NCBI GenBank assembly: GCA_001724215.1 | Contig: MEDW01000001.1 | Location: 64,725 to 128,724, forward strand | Source of the DNA: Erythrobacter sp. SCN 62-14 | GTDB lineage: Bacteria; Pseudomonadota; Alphaproteobacteria; Sphingomonadales; Sphingomonadaceae | Direction of reading: 5' to 3' | DNA: 64,000 nt | Part shown: positions 1 to 10,487 of the stretch, in pieces | How the letters are laid out: each line of letters begins with the position of its first letter | How positions within the stretch are numbered: the stretch's first letter is position 1 | Notes under the pieces: generated by a model | Seen by the model: only the letters and a program-made list of their open reading frames with translations | Told to the model about the DNA's origin: nothing | Database searches by the model: none | Position numbers and translations under genes: made by a program

Positions 1-2
1 CC

Positions 3-2162
3 TTCGACAGCGCGGTGGCTTTCGATTTCGACGGCGTTCAGCTTTCGACCATGCGTCTGGTGCAGGCCGGCTTCTTCGACATGAAGCAGATCGACGTGCT
101 CAAGGGTCCGCAGTCGCTCTATTTCGGGAAATCGGCCACCGCCGGTGTGTTTGCGCTGCAAACCGCTGACCCGACGCCCACATGGGAAGTGGGCATGACG
201 GCGAACTACGAATTCGAAGAGCGCGGCTATCTTGCCAATGGCTTCATCTCCGGTCCGCTCACCGACACTTTGGGGATCCGCGTCGCGGCGCAGTGGAATG
301 ACATCGAGCGTCTGATCGAGCTTCAGCCCAATGTGAATTCGGCCAATGGGCGGTTCCGCGGGCAGTCGAGCTTTCTTGGCCGCGTGACTCTCGACTGGAA
401 GCCGACGAGCATGTTCGATGCCAATCTCAAAGTGCAATATATGCGCAATGAAGGCGATGGGGCAGTGCAGCATTCGGGCATTTTCTGCGGTGCGAATGGT
501 GTGGCTGATCCGGTGTTTTTGCTCAATGGTCTGGTGGCGATCCCGGCCGGCAATGATTGTAACTTCCGCAACCGGCAATTCTTCCTTCCCGACTCAGCTC
601 CTGCCTTGGCCGGCGGTGTGCCAACACCCTCGCGTGCGGCTGGACGCAATGGTGTTCCGTTCAACGAATCCGACATCTGGTTCGGGCGTTTGCTGATGAA
701 CCTCCAGATCTCAGACACGATCAAGCTGACTTCGACCAGCGGCTTTCTGGATATGGATGCCGTCGATTTCGATTGTTACGCCTATGTCGGCTTGGGCCCG
801 GCTTTCTCGCCGATAGGCAATGCTCTTGGCGATCCCAATTTCCTCGCTAACAATGCTCCTGCGCTGGCTGCTACAAATGGCGCGGGCGTTGGGCAGGGTA
901 CGGGCTGCTCCGATCCGGTCAACCAATTGCGCCAATACACGCAGGAATTGCGCCTGCATTCGGACTTCGATGGCCCGATCAATTTCATGCTGGGCGCTTT
1001 CTACGAAAACCGCCGTTTCGTGTTTGACACCGCGCAGCAAGCGGTCAACATCTCGCTGATTGCGCCTGATCCGGTGACAGGCTTCACCTATGACTGGGAT
1101 AAGCGTCACGTCACCAAGACCGAAGCCTTCTCGGTGTTCGGCTCGCTGATCTTCGACATCACGGAGGATCTTGAACTCGTCGCCGGCGCGCGCTGGACGA
1201 CCGAGGACAAGGTGCAGACGATCTCGGTTCCCTATCTGCATACGTTCCTGCAAGGCCCCGGCTTTGTGCAACCGGGCTTCTTCTCCGGGCCGATCCCCTT
1301 CAGCGACAGCAACGTGTCGCCTGAAGTCACCTTGAAGTACAAGGTCAATCCCGATCTCAACCTGTTTGCAGCGTTCCGCACCGGGTTCAAATCGGGCGGG
1401 ATCGACAACTCGGCATTGCCTTCGAACAGCCTCAGTCAGGCCGCGCTGACTGGAAATTTCGGCTCGCTGATCTTCGACTCTGAAACCACCATCGGCGGTG
1501 AAGTGGGCTTCCGTTCGCAGTTCAATAATCGCCGGGTCACCGTCAACGGCACGGCGTTCTATTATGTGGTGGATGATCTGCAGGTGCAGAACTTCGATGC
1601 GGTCAACGTGCAGTTCCTTACGCTCAACGCAGGTCAGCTCACCACCAAGGGTTTTGATCTGGAATTCAACTGGCGCACCCCGGTGCAGGGCCTGACGATT
1701 TCGGCCAACGGGACCTATCTCGATGCCAAATTCACTGCGCCCTTCGTTTCGGCTGCCGGCATCGACATCAATGGTCGCAGAGCGCCGCGTGCACCGGAGT
1801 TCTCTGGCAATCTGGCCTTCGACTGGACAATCCCGCTGGGTAGCAATCTCGATCTGATGTTGGGTGGTAACGCGCTCTATTCGGGCAAGTATTTCGCCGA
1901 CCAACAGAGCTTTAACGACTTCGTGCAGGATGAGTATGTCACGCTTGATGGCAACATCTCGATTGGTCGTCCCGATGGTCGCTGGCGCGTTTCGTTGATC
2001 GGGGTTAACCTGACTGAGGAGCTGTTTGTGGTGACGTCGGGCCCGCGCCCGTTCCTGTCGCCGGGCGGCGCAGCTGGCTTCGGACTGCCGCGCGGCGATG
2101 ATGCGGTGGTCTCGATGAACCGCGGTCGGCAGGTCTTTATCCAGACCAGTTTCCGTTTCTGA
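3..2162 (+). CDS. TonB-dependent outer-membrane receptor (5' end lies outside the window)
   Basis: The frame is open from base 3. Plug-end motif IDVLKGPQSLYFGKSATAG, alternating beta-strand pattern, C-terminal ...GRQVFIQTSFRF ending in Phe. Confidence 0.93.
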   Translation, partial: FDSAVAFDFDGVQLSTMRLVQAGFFDMKQIDVLKGPQSLYFGKSATAGVFALQTADPTPTWEVGMTANYEFEERGYLANGFISGPLTDTLGIRVAAQWNDIERLIELQPNVNSANGRFRGQSSFLGRVTLDWKPTSMFDANLKVQYMRNEGDGAVQHSGIFCGANGVADPVFLLNGLVAIPAGNDCNFRNRQFFLPDSAPALAGGVPTPSRAAGRNGVPFNESDIWFGRLLMNLQISDTIKLTSTSGFLDMDAVDFDCYAYVGLGPAFSPIGNALGDPNFLANNAPALAATNGAGVGQGTGCSDPVNQLRQYTQELRLHSDFDGPINFMLGAFYENRRFVFDTAQQAVNISLIAPDPVTGFTYDWDKRHVTKTEAFSVFGSLIFDITEDLELVAGARWTTEDKVQTISVPYLHTFLQGPGFVQPGFFSGPIPFSDSNVSPEVTLKYKVNPDLNLFAAFRTGFKSGGIDNSALPSNSLSQAALTGNFGSLIFDSETTIGGEVGFRSQFNNRRVTVNGTAFYYVVDDLQVQNFDAVNVQFLTLNAGQLTTKGFDLEFNWRTPVQGLTISANGTYLDAKFTAPFVSAAGIDINGRRAPRAPEFSGNLAFDWTIPLGSNLDLMLGGNALYSGKYFADQQSFNDFVQDEYVTLDGNISIGRPDGRWRVSLIGVNLTEELFVVTSGPRPFLSPGGAAGFGLPRGDDAVVSMNRGRQVFIQTSFRF

Positions 2163-2180
2163 TCGCCTGATTGGAATCAC

Positions 2181-2218
2181 AAAAATGGGCGGGCCTTGTC
2201 AGCAAGGCCCGCCCTTTT
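2181..2218. terminator. Bidirectional intrinsic terminator between convergent TBDR and phbB
   Basis: Perfect 12-bp stem GGGCGGGCCTTG/CAAGGCCCGCCC (2187-2214) with a 4-nt loop. AAAAA lies on the left and TTTT on the right. Confidence 0.88.
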
Positions 2219-2262
2219 GATGTTGAGTGATGAATTCCTCGCTGACGCGATGGGACTTGCGG

Positions 2263-2985
2263 TCAATACATATGCTGACCACCATTGATGCTCATCGTCG
2301 AGCCGGTCATGAAACCGCCATTCTCTGAGGTCAGGAAAGCCACCCCGCGTGCGATTTCCTCAGCCATGCCGAGGCGGCCAACCGGGATCTTGGCAACGAT
2401 CTTTTCCAAAACCGGCGCTGGCACGGCGGCCACCATATCAGTATCGATATAGCCCGGCGCGATTGCATTGACAGTCACACCAAACTTGGCGCCTTCCTGC
2501 GCCAACGCCTTGGTGAAGCCGTGAATTCCCGACTTGGCAGCAGCGTAGTTGACCTGGCCATATTGGCCTGCCTGCCCGTTGATCGAGCCGATATTCACAA
2601 TCCGGCCCCAGCCACGCTCGCGCATACCGGGGAAGGTTGCCTTGGCCATGTTGAAACAGCCACCGAGATTGATTCTCAGCACCTCGTTCCAATCGTCAAA
2701 GCTCATCTTGTGGAGCGTTCCGTCGCGGGTGACGCCAGCGTTGTTAACGACGATATCAACAGGGCCGAATTCAGCGGCAACTTCGGCGCAGCCTGCAAGG
2801 CACGCTTCATGATCGCCCACATCCCAGCGGCGTGCCGGGATACCGGTGGCATCCGAAAAGGCGCGCGCTTTTTCATCATTGCCGCCGTAATTGGCGATGA
2901 CAGTGTGTCCTTGGCGCTGAAGACGCTTGCAGATCGCCTCCCCGATCCCGCGCGTTCCTCCGGTGACGATGGCAACTCGGCCCAT
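2263..2985 (-). CDS. phbB: Acetoacetyl-CoA reductase (SDR, PHB synthesis)
   Basis: TGGTRGIG Rossmann motif, NNAG, YAAAK catalytic YxxxK, GQYGQVNY, C-terminal SINGGQHMY typical of PhbB. Confidence 0.9.
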   Translation of the reverse strand: MGRVAIVTGGTRGIGEAICKRLQRQGHTVIANYGGNDEKARAFSDATGIPARRWDVGDHEACLAGCAEVAAEFGPVDIVVNNAGVTRDGTLHKMSFDDWNEVLRINLGGCFNMAKATFPGMRERGWGRIVNIGSINGQAGQYGQVNYAAAKSGIHGFTKALAQEGAKFGVTVNAIAPGYIDTDMVAAVPAPVLEKIVAKIPVGRLGMAEEIARGVAFLTSENGGFMTGSTMSINGGQHMY

Positions 2986-3195
2986 GCTAATCCTCCCTCG
3001 CTTGTGCGTTTCTTGCGCGACCCTACCCGTGCCGTAACGTCAGGGAAAGCGGGGAATAGCTATGCGTGATCCGGCGCGCAGGCAATCGGACCAAGGGACT
3101 ACGGCGGGAGTCGGAGCGCGCCCTGCGGCAAGGCTGAGAAATTGCTTGGATGATTATTCAGCAGCAAGGCGCCCGGTCGGCCGGACCAGTTCTGA

Positions 3196-3957
3196 TCAGA
3201 ACTTCAGTTGCGTCCCGACATAGACAGCCTGGCTGTCCTGAATCGAATTGGTAAGAGGATCAAGCCGGTCACGCTCTTGCGAGATCCGCACGCCAGCGCG
3301 CACGTCAAGCTTGGGGGAAAGGCGGTAACTGCCGCCAAGATCCACTGTCTGGCTGGCAAGCGAATCCAGCGTATTGGGTGAGCGGCCGGCAATCTCGCGG
3401 CCCTCAAGCCCGATGCGCGGTTGCAACCGGCTGGGCTTATCATCGGCTTGCGGACGAGATGGCTCGAATTCAGCAAGATCAGGCATCGCCATACGGCCAG
3501 CCGATGGCGAGAGATCAAGTACGCGGGCAAAGCTCTTGTAGCCACGCGCAGCGCCCAGTTCGAATTTGCTCGCTTGCAGTCCCGCGATCGCATTGCCCTT
3601 GGCAAGCCGACCGGGGGCCGTGTCGATGGCGCGGCGCACCGAAATCGCCTGGACGCGATCATCGTCTACGCGGACCGCCACTGTCACGGTGCGCTGCCCC
3701 ACCACCGGGGCGGATCGTGCCGGGGTAAATCGAATCCCCTTGGCCTCTGCTTTGTCAGCTATACGCGCCGCCAGAACGGGGTCCACGCTTGCCGGGGTAA
3801 ATACATTGAGCCCGAGCGACTGGATCGAAGCCTCCGCCCGGGAGGTGCCAGCCAAGGCAAGGCTTGCCGTGGGCAGTGCAAGCATTGCCACGGCCGTCAG
3901 CGCATACAGCGGCATGGCGCGCTGCGCCCATGCTTTCCTGTCTGCTCGCTGTGCCAT
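3196..3957 (-). CDS. Secreted hypothetical protein with short C-terminal beta-strand region ending in Phe
   Basis: 253-aa ORF with a signal-peptide-like N-terminus (K/R then hydrophobic, ASLA). C-terminal ...QAVYVGTQLKF. Confidence 0.7.
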   Translation of the reverse strand: MAQRADRKAWAQRAMPLYALTAVAMLALPTASLALAGTSRAEASIQSLGLNVFTPASVDPVLAARIADKAEAKGIRFTPARSAPVVGQRTVTVAVRVDDDRVQAISVRRAIDTAPGRLAKGNAIAGLQASKFELGAARGYKSFARVLDLSPSAGRMAMPDLAEFEPSRPQADDKPSRLQPRIGLEGREIAGRSPNTLDSLASQTVDLGGSYRLSPKLDVRAGVRISQERDRLDPLTNSIQDSQAVYVGTQLKF

Positions 3958-4329
3958 GTTTGCTCGCTTCCAACCCTTTTATTGTCTTGCCTAATCGCGA
4001 TAATTCAAAGTCTTGCCGCTCCATCGGCGGTCAAAACACGAATTTGCTGCGCGATCCGGCCTAGCGCCGCCAACGTGAACCACACCTGAGTCGCATGATC
4101 TTGTAGGCGTTTAAGGACAATAGATATTGTCTTTTGGTTCACAATGGCCTTGCGGAGACCTTGGGTGATTTACGCTGTGACCTGTTGCTCTTCGCACACA
4201 ATTGGCACCGCTCGGCAGGGCATGATATCGGCGTCATGGGTCCGATAAATCCCCGGCTGCGCTGCGATCATGCTTGCCGCAAGGGGTGCTCTGGTTATAG
4301 AGCGCGAAGGTAAAGCCGCAAAGGAACCC

Positions 4330-4818
4330 ATGCTAGTGACACGCGCAACCTCTGTCCAAACCCCTGTGCCGCAGCGTCGTTTGGCGCGCCTTGCGCTGGG
4401 CGCTGCTGTGCTGGCGATGATGGTCTCGCTACCTGCCTGCGGGGGCAAAAACCGCGCGAAGGTTTCGCGCGTGCAGGCCGCCAAGGTAAACACAATCGGG
4501 GTTAATGCCTTCCTGTGGCGCGCTGCGCTGGAGACAGCCAGCTTTGCCCCCTTGCTGAGTGCGGACAGTTCGGGTGGCGTGATTATCACCGATTGGTATG
4601 TCAATCCGGCCAATCCGGGTGAGCGCGTCAAGCTCACCATCGCGATCCTCGATCAGGATTTGCGCGCTGACGCGCTGCGTGTCAGCGCAAGCCGTCAGGT
4701 CGCACAAGATGCCAATTGGGTTGATGCTCCGGTGCAGGCGGCCACTGTCCAGAAGCTTGAGGATATCATCCTTACCAAGGCGCGCGATCTGAGCCGCGAG
4801 GCCATGTCCAAGGGCTGA
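4330..4818 (+). CDS. DUF3576 family lipoprotein
   Basis: AAGGA SD at 4321 before ATG 4330. Lipobox LPAC; IGVNAFLWRAALET and GGVIITDWY motifs; the position upstream of leuS is typical of alphaproteobacteria. Confidence 0.85.
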   Translation: MLVTRATSVQTPVPQRRLARLALGAAVLAMMVSLPACGGKNRAKVSRVQAAKVNTIGVNAFLWRAALETASFAPLLSADSSGGVIITDWYVNPANPGERVKLTIAILDQDLRADALRVSASRQVAQDANWVDAPVQAATVQKLEDIILTKARDLSREAMSKG

Positions 4819-4881
4819 TCGCCGTGTGGGCCAGTACGGCCCTGAGGCAAGCAAGCCACAGACCCAGACGGAATTTAAATC

Positions 4882-7404
4882 ATGAGTGACCACCGTTTCG
4901 ATCCGTCCCAAGCCGACGGACGCTGGCAACGCGCTTGGGAAGAAGCAGGCACTTTCACCGCCGATTCCGACAGCGCCAAGCCCAAGAGCTACATCCTCGA
5001 GATGTTCCCCTATCCTTCGGGGCGCATCCACATGGGCCATGTGCGCAATTACACCATGGGCGATGTGCTGGCGCGCTATCAGAAGATGCGCGGGCATGAA
5101 GTGCTCCACCCGATGGGCTGGGATGCTTTCGGGATGCCGGCGGAAAACGCCGCGATGGAAAAGGGCGTGCATCCGGGCGAATGGACGCGCGCCAATATCG
5201 CGCAGATGAAGGCGCAGTTGAAGCGCATCGGGTTTGCGCTTGACTGGACGCGCGAATTCGCCACCTGCGACCCCGAATATTACGGCCATGAACAGGCGTT
5301 GTTCCTTGATCTGTATGAGGCTGGGCTGGTGTATCGCAAGGAGTCGACTGTCAACTGGGATCCGGTTGATATGACGGTGCTCGCCAATGAACAGGTGATC
5401 GACGGCAAGGGCTGGCGCAGCGGCGCAGAGGTGGAAAAGCGCAAATTGAACCAGTGGTTCTTGAAGATCACGGAGTTTGCCGATGATCTGCTCGAAGGGC
5501 TGGGGAGCCTCGAGGACTGGCCCGAGAAAGTACGCCTGATGCAGGAAAACTGGATCGGCAAATCACAGGGGCTGGAGTTCAGCTTCGATCTGTCAAATGG
5601 CGGCAAGCTGCCGGTTTATACCACCCGCCCCGATACGATCTTCGGCGCGAGTTTTTGCGCCATCGCTGCTGATCACCCGATTGCGCAAGGCCTCGGGGAC
5701 GATGCGGACGTCGCCGCCTTCATCGAACAATGCAAGCGCGGCGGAACCAAGGCAGCCGAAGTCGAGACGGCGGAAAAGTTGGGTTATCGCACCGCAATCA
5801 CCGCGCGCCACCCCTTCACGGGCGAGGCGCTGCCGGTGTTCATCGCCAATTTTGTGCTGATGGAATATGGCACGGGCGCGGTGATGGGCGTGCCGGGACA
5901 TGACAGCCGCGACTTTGAATTTGCGACCAAGTATGACTTGCCGATCGCCCGCGTCGTTGCCAGTGATCCGGCGCAGGCCGACGCGCCTTTCGAGGGCGAG
6001 GCCGAGGCGGGCGACGGGGTGATCGTCAATTCGGACTTCCTCAATGGGATGACCGTGGAAGCCGCCAAGGCCGCAGTTATCGCCCGCGCCGAGGCTGAGG
6101 GGTGGGGCGAGGGCCGCACTGTGTGGCGGTTGCGCGATTGGGGCGTGTCGCGGCAACGCTATTGGGGAACCCCGATCCCGATCATCCACAGCCCGGATCA
6201 CGGCCCCGTGCCCGTGCCGCGCGACCAGCTCCCGGTAGTGCTGCCCGAGGACATTGACTTCAGCGAACCGGGCAATCCGCTCGATCGCCACCCGACATGG
6301 AAGCACACCACCTGCCCGATCAGCGGCAAGCCGGCGCTGCGCGAGACCGACACGCTCGACACCTTCGTCGATAGCTCGTGGTATTTCCTGCGCTTTGCCA
6401 GCCAGCCTGCGGATAAGCCCTTCGACCCGGAAGAAGTCGCCAAGTGGCTGCCGGTCAAGCACTATATCGGCGGGGTCGAACACGCGATCCTGCACCTGCT
6501 CTACGCCCGCTTCTGGACGCGGGCGCTGGCCCACCTTGGCAAGATCGATGTGAAGGAGCCGTTTGCCGCCTTGTTCACGCAAGGCATGGTGACGCACGAG
6601 ACTTACTCGCGCAATGATGCCGCGCGCGGTGTGCCGGTGTTTTTCGCACCCGAGGAGGTCCGCAGGAATGCCGAGGGCGTCAGCCTCATTGCCGATGGTG
6701 AGGCCGTCGATGTGGGCCGCGTCATCAAGATGTCGAAGTCGAAGAAGAACGTGGTCGACCCCGATGCCATCATCGCCAAGCATGGCGCAGATGCGGTGCG
6801 CTGGTTCATGCTGTCCGATAGCCCGCCCGAACGCGATCTGCCGTGGTCTGACGCCGGGATCGAAGGCTGCGCGCGTTTTGTGCAGCGCTTGTGGCGCTTG
6901 TTCCAAGCCTACGACGTAGAGGCGACGGGCGAGGACAGGGCTCTGGAGCGCAAGACCCACCAGACCATCGCTGCCGTGGCCGCTGACATCGAAGCGCTTG
7001 GCTTTAACAAGGCCGTGGCACGGATTTACGAGCTGACGGGTGCGACCGAGAAAGCCGCACCCTCTGCCAGCCGCTCGGCCGCGATCAGGGCGCTGATGCA
7101 TCTGGTCGCACCGATGATGCCGCACCTTGCTGAAGAAGCGTATTCAGCGATCGGCGGGGGTGGTCTGATCGCCGATGCACCCTGGCCCGAAGTGGACCCC
7201 GCACTGCTGGTTGATGATGAGGTTACCATTGCCCTGCAACACATGGGCAAGCTGCGCGATACGGTGCAAGCTCCCAAAGGCGCATCGAAAGAGGACCTCG
7301 AAGCGCTCGCCATGGCATCTGCCAATCTGCAACGCTCATTGGGCGGCGCGCCCATTCGCAAGGTGATTGTCGTGCCCGATCGATTGGTGAATATAGTCAC
7401 GTGA
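4882..7404 (+). CDS. leuS: Leucyl-tRNA synthetase
   Basis: MFPYPSG, HMGH (HIGH), editing domain with YTTRPDT, KMSKS; 840 aa. Confidence 0.99.
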   Translation: MSDHRFDPSQADGRWQRAWEEAGTFTADSDSAKPKSYILEMFPYPSGRIHMGHVRNYTMGDVLARYQKMRGHEVLHPMGWDAFGMPAENAAMEKGVHPGEWTRANIAQMKAQLKRIGFALDWTREFATCDPEYYGHEQALFLDLYEAGLVYRKESTVNWDPVDMTVLANEQVIDGKGWRSGAEVEKRKLNQWFLKITEFADDLLEGLGSLEDWPEKVRLMQENWIGKSQGLEFSFDLSNGGKLPVYTTRPDTIFGASFCAIAADHPIAQGLGDDADVAAFIEQCKRGGTKAAEVETAEKLGYRTAITARHPFTGEALPVFIANFVLMEYGTGAVMGVPGHDSRDFEFATKYDLPIARVVASDPAQADAPFEGEAEAGDGVIVNSDFLNGMTVEAAKAAVIARAEAEGWGEGRTVWRLRDWGVSRQRYWGTPIPIIHSPDHGPVPVPRDQLPVVLPEDIDFSEPGNPLDRHPTWKHTTCPISGKPALRETDTLDTFVDSSWYFLRFASQPADKPFDPEEVAKWLPVKHYIGGVEHAILHLLYARFWTRALAHLGKIDVKEPFAALFTQGMVTHETYSRNDAARGVPVFFAPEEVRRNAEGVSLIADGEAVDVGRVIKMSKSKKNVVDPDAIIAKHGADAVRWFMLSDSPPERDLPWSDAGIEGCARFVQRLWRLFQAYDVEATGEDRALERKTHQTIAAVAADIEALGFNKAVARIYELTGATEKAAPSASRSAAIRALMHLVAPMMPHLAEEAYSAIGGGGLIADAPWPEVDPALLVDDEVTIALQHMGKLRDTVQAPKGASKEDLEALAMASANLQRSLGGAPIRKVIVVPDRLVNIVT

Positions 7405-7913
7405 TGCGCATTGTCCTTGCCCTTCTGCTCGGTCTTGCCCTTGCCGCCTGCGGGCTGTCGCCGATGTATCCCGGAGGCGCTGCTTCGGGCGTGGCGCAAG
7501 GCCTTGCAGCGGTCGATATTCCCCCCATTCCGGGCCGGGATGGCTGGTTGGTCAGGAACGCGCTCACCGAGAGAATGAGCACCGCCGGGCAGGCGTCGCC
7601 AGCCTATCGGCTGGATGTGCGGCTTGATGACAGGATCGATGCCTTGGGTGTTCTAGGAGATGACACAGTCACTCGCCAGCGGCGCATCCTGCGCGCGCGC
7701 TATCAATTGGTGGATTTGGCGACGGGCAGCATCCTGCTTGATGCCACTGCTGGTGCCGACGCAGGGATTGATGTGGTCTCCAGCGAATACGCCACGATTG
7801 CCGCTGAACAAACGGCGCTTGAAAATCTCGCGCGGCAGGTCGCTGATCGGATGGCCACGCGCGTGGCGCTGACCTTGCGCGAACGGGCCAAGGCGGCAGC
7901 GCAGGCGCAATGA
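7404..7913 (+). CDS. lptE: LPS assembly lipoprotein LptE
   Basis: Lipobox LAAC-GLSPMY; conserved leuS-lptE-holA order; start overlaps the leuS stop. Confidence 0.88.
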   Translation: MRIVLALLLGLALAACGLSPMYPGGAASGVAQGLAAVDIPPIPGRDGWLVRNALTERMSTAGQASPAYRLDVRLDDRIDALGVLGDDTVTRQRRILRARYQLVDLATGSILLDATAGADAGIDVVSSEYATIAAEQTALENLARQVADRMATRVALTLRERAKAAAQAQ

Positions 7914-8974
7914 AGGCAACCCAGAAGGACTTTTTGCGCGGCGTCCCTGCCTCGGCAAGGCAAGCGGGCATATTCTTCTTTTGCGGGCCGGACGAGGCAG
8001 GCGCTTCGGCTGCAGCGCAGCGCGTTATTGCGGCGCTGCCGGATCCCGGCGAGCGGGTGGAAATCACCGGTGCCGACCTCAAGCGCGATCCCGCCTTGCT
8101 TGGTGATGAAGCCCGTTCGGCCTCGTTATTTGGTGACAAACGCCATATCTACGTGCGCGCCAGCGGCGACGAGGCTCATGATGCCGTCAAGGTGCTGATC
8201 GAAACCGGTGAAGCCGGCGGCGGCGAGGCGGCGCCGGTCGTCATTGTGGCCACTTCGGCAACTGATAAGTCGCGCACTGCCAAACTTCTGGAAAAGCGCG
8301 CCGATGCACTGGTGGCGATGTTTCATCCGCCTGACCTTGCCGCTGTGGCAAGCGCGGTGCGTGCGATGGCGGATGGCGCTGGCCTAAGGCTGGGCGGAGA
8401 TCTGGCGGAGCGGATCGCGCGCGCGGCAGGGCTTGATGTGCGGCTTGCCCAGTCGGAGGTGACAAAGCTTGCGCTCTATTGCGATGCTGATCCGCAAGCC
8501 CCCCGATCGGCGACGCTGGAAGATTACGACGCGATCGGCGCATCAAGCGAGGAGGACGGGTTCAATCCCTTGGTCAATGCCGTTCTGGGCGGTGAGACAA
8601 GCCGCTTGCCCGAGGAAATTCGTCGTCTGCGCGAACTGGGTCTCAATCCGGTCGGAGTGGCGCTCGTTCTTGAACGGCGTGCTGCGCTGCTGGCCCAGAT
8701 CGCCGCGCGGATCGGTGCTAATGGCAAGATTCCTTCACTCGGGCAGGGAGAGAAGGCGCAATTGGGGATCTTTTTTCGCGAGGAGCGCGCGATCACTCAG
8801 CAATTTGAACGCTGGATGCAGCCTGCCGAGCGCAAATCGCGCGCCGTGAAGCTGGAGCGGCTTATCCCTCGGCTAACCGAGATGCATCGCAACCTGATGG
8901 CGAACAGCCAGGCATCCGAACTGTTGCTGGCCCAAGAATTGACCCGGATCGCTCGGTTTGCCGCGAAGCGGTAG
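7910..8974 (+). CDS. holA: DNA polymerase III delta subunit
   Basis: FFCGPDE, SLFGDKR and EVTKLALY motifs; ATGA overlap with lptE; conserved gene order. Confidence 0.92.
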   Translation: MKATQKDFLRGVPASARQAGIFFFCGPDEAGASAAAQRVIAALPDPGERVEITGADLKRDPALLGDEARSASLFGDKRHIYVRASGDEAHDAVKVLIETGEAGGGEAAPVVIVATSATDKSRTAKLLEKRADALVAMFHPPDLAAVASAVRAMADGAGLRLGGDLAERIARAAGLDVRLAQSEVTKLALYCDADPQAPRSATLEDYDAIGASSEEDGFNPLVNAVLGGETSRLPEEIRRLRELGLNPVGVALVLERRAALLAQIAARIGANGKIPSLGQGEKAQLGIFFREERAITQQFERWMQPAERKSRAVKLERLIPRLTEMHRNLMANSQASELLLAQELTRIARFAAKR

Positions 8975-9083
8975 CAATTTAAGACAGATTCATTTTTTGA
9001 TGACGCAAAACTGTTGCGAATCCCCCGTAATAGTCCTTAGGTGAGAAAAAAGGGCGGTCGCTGCTTGATGCGTCAGGGGCAGC

Positions 9084-10487
9084 ATGAACAAGTTAGCCAG
9101 TAACCTTCTCCAAACGGCTGAACGAAAACAGGCCGATCTCAAGATCGCACCCTCCTTGGAGCGGCGGCGGTTGCGTTCGTATATTTTGTTGCTGATCGCT
9201 GATGCTGCGCTGTTTCAGGCGAGCTTTGCGCTTGCCGCATATCTGTATGAGGGCCGCTGGAACGATCCGTCCTCAATGTTGCTGGCGCAAGTCATGCTGC
9301 CGGTGTTTTACACTATCGCGCTTTACAACGGGACATACGGCGTCAAGGCACTCACGGATTGGGTCTTCGCTGCCAAACAAGCGATCACTGCGTTGTTGAT
9401 TTCCGCAGCGCTGCTCAATTTTGTGGCCTTCTACACCAAGTCCAACGCGGATTTTTCCCGCGTGTCGACGACGTTGGGATTGTTCTTCGCGGCGGTTTTC
9501 ATCGTTGCGTTTCGCCGCTTAGTGGTGGGTGCGGTCCAGAAATTCTGGGGTGGCCGCGTAACCAACAAATTGGTTATTTATGATGGCGGGCCCGCCTTCG
9601 CGCTGGAAGACGCTGTGCGGATCGAGGCGGCCGATTATCGGTTGGATCCCGACAGCGAGGATCCTTTCATGCTGGATCGTCTCGGCAAATTGCTGCGCAA
9701 TCAGGACAAGGTTGTTGTCAGTTGCCCCTATGAGCGGCGCGAGCAATGGGCTTTTCTGCTCAAATCCAGCGGCGTTTACGGTGAATTGGTGAGTGAGACC
9801 GCCCATCGCCTCGCTCCGATTGGTGTGCACCGCTATGATGATCAGGGCAAAACCACGCTTGTGGTGTCGAGCGGGCCACTCGGCCTGCGCGGGCGGATCG
9901 TTAAGCGTCTGTTCGATCTGATTGTGGCAGGCGGCGCGGTGATTGTCCTGTCGCCGCTGCTGTTGGTGGTGGCCGCGCTGATCAAGCTGGAAGATGGCGG
10001 CAAGGTGCTGTTTGTGCAGCGTCGGATGGGTCGGGGTAACCAGTTCTTCGATATGTTCAAATTCCGATCGATGCGTGAGGAAAAGCTCGACGCCAATGGC
10101 GAGCGCTCGACCGGGCGCGAGGATGATCGCATTACCCGGATTGGCAGTTTCATCCGCAAGACCAGCATTGATGAGCTGCCGCAAATCTTCAACGTGCTGC
10201 GCGGCGAGATGTCGATCGTCGGACCTCGCCCGCACGCGCTGGGATCAAAGGCCAACAACAAGCTGTTCTGGCAGGTCGACAAGCAATATTGGCGCCGCCA
10301 CTGTCTTAAGCCGGGGTTGACGGGCTTGGCGCAGGTTCGCGGCCATCGCGGCGCGACCGAGCAGGAAAAGGATCTCACAGATCGCCTGCAATCCGATCTC
10401 GAATATATCGCCAACTGGTCTTTGCGGCGAGACATCGGAATTGTTCTGCGCACCCTCAAAGTGCTGCATCACGACAACGCTTATTGA
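9084..10487 (+). CDS. Polyprenyl-phosphate priming glycosyltransferase (WcaJ/PssY/HfsE-like bacterial sugar transferase)
   Basis: N-terminal TM helices. C-terminal KRLFDLIV, KFRSM, RITRIGSFIRKTSIDELPQ, GEMSIVGPRP and KPGLTGLAQV. Confidence 0.93.
   Translation: MNKLASNLLQTAERKQADLKIAPSLERRRLRSYILLLIADAALFQASFALAAYLYEGRWNDPSSMLLAQVMLPVFYTIALYNGTYGVKALTDWVFAAKQAITALLISAALLNFVAFYTKSNADFSRVSTTLGLFFAAVFIVAFRRLVVGAVQKFWGGRVTNKLVIYDGGPAFALEDAVRIEAADYRLDPDSEDPFMLDRLGKLLRNQDKVVVSCPYERREQWAFLLKSSGVYGELVSETAHRLAPIGVHRYDDQGKTTLVVSSGPLGLRGRIVKRLFDLIVAGGAVIVLSPLLLVVAALIKLEDGGKVLFVQRRMGRGNQFFDMFKFRSMREEKLDANGERSTGREDDRITRIGSFIRKTSIDELPQIFNVLRGEMSIVGPRPHALGSKANNKLFWQVDKQYWRRHCLKPGLTGLAQVRGHRGATEQEKDLTDRLQSDLEYIANWSLRRDIGIVLRTLKVLHHDNAY

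Noticed and set aside
711-2180. Long antisense ORFs (also 5593-7125, 19309-20562, 27113-28573, 50036-51490 and others)
   Set aside because: Shadow frames opposite well-supported genes, expected from high-GC codon bias; none has recognisable motifs.
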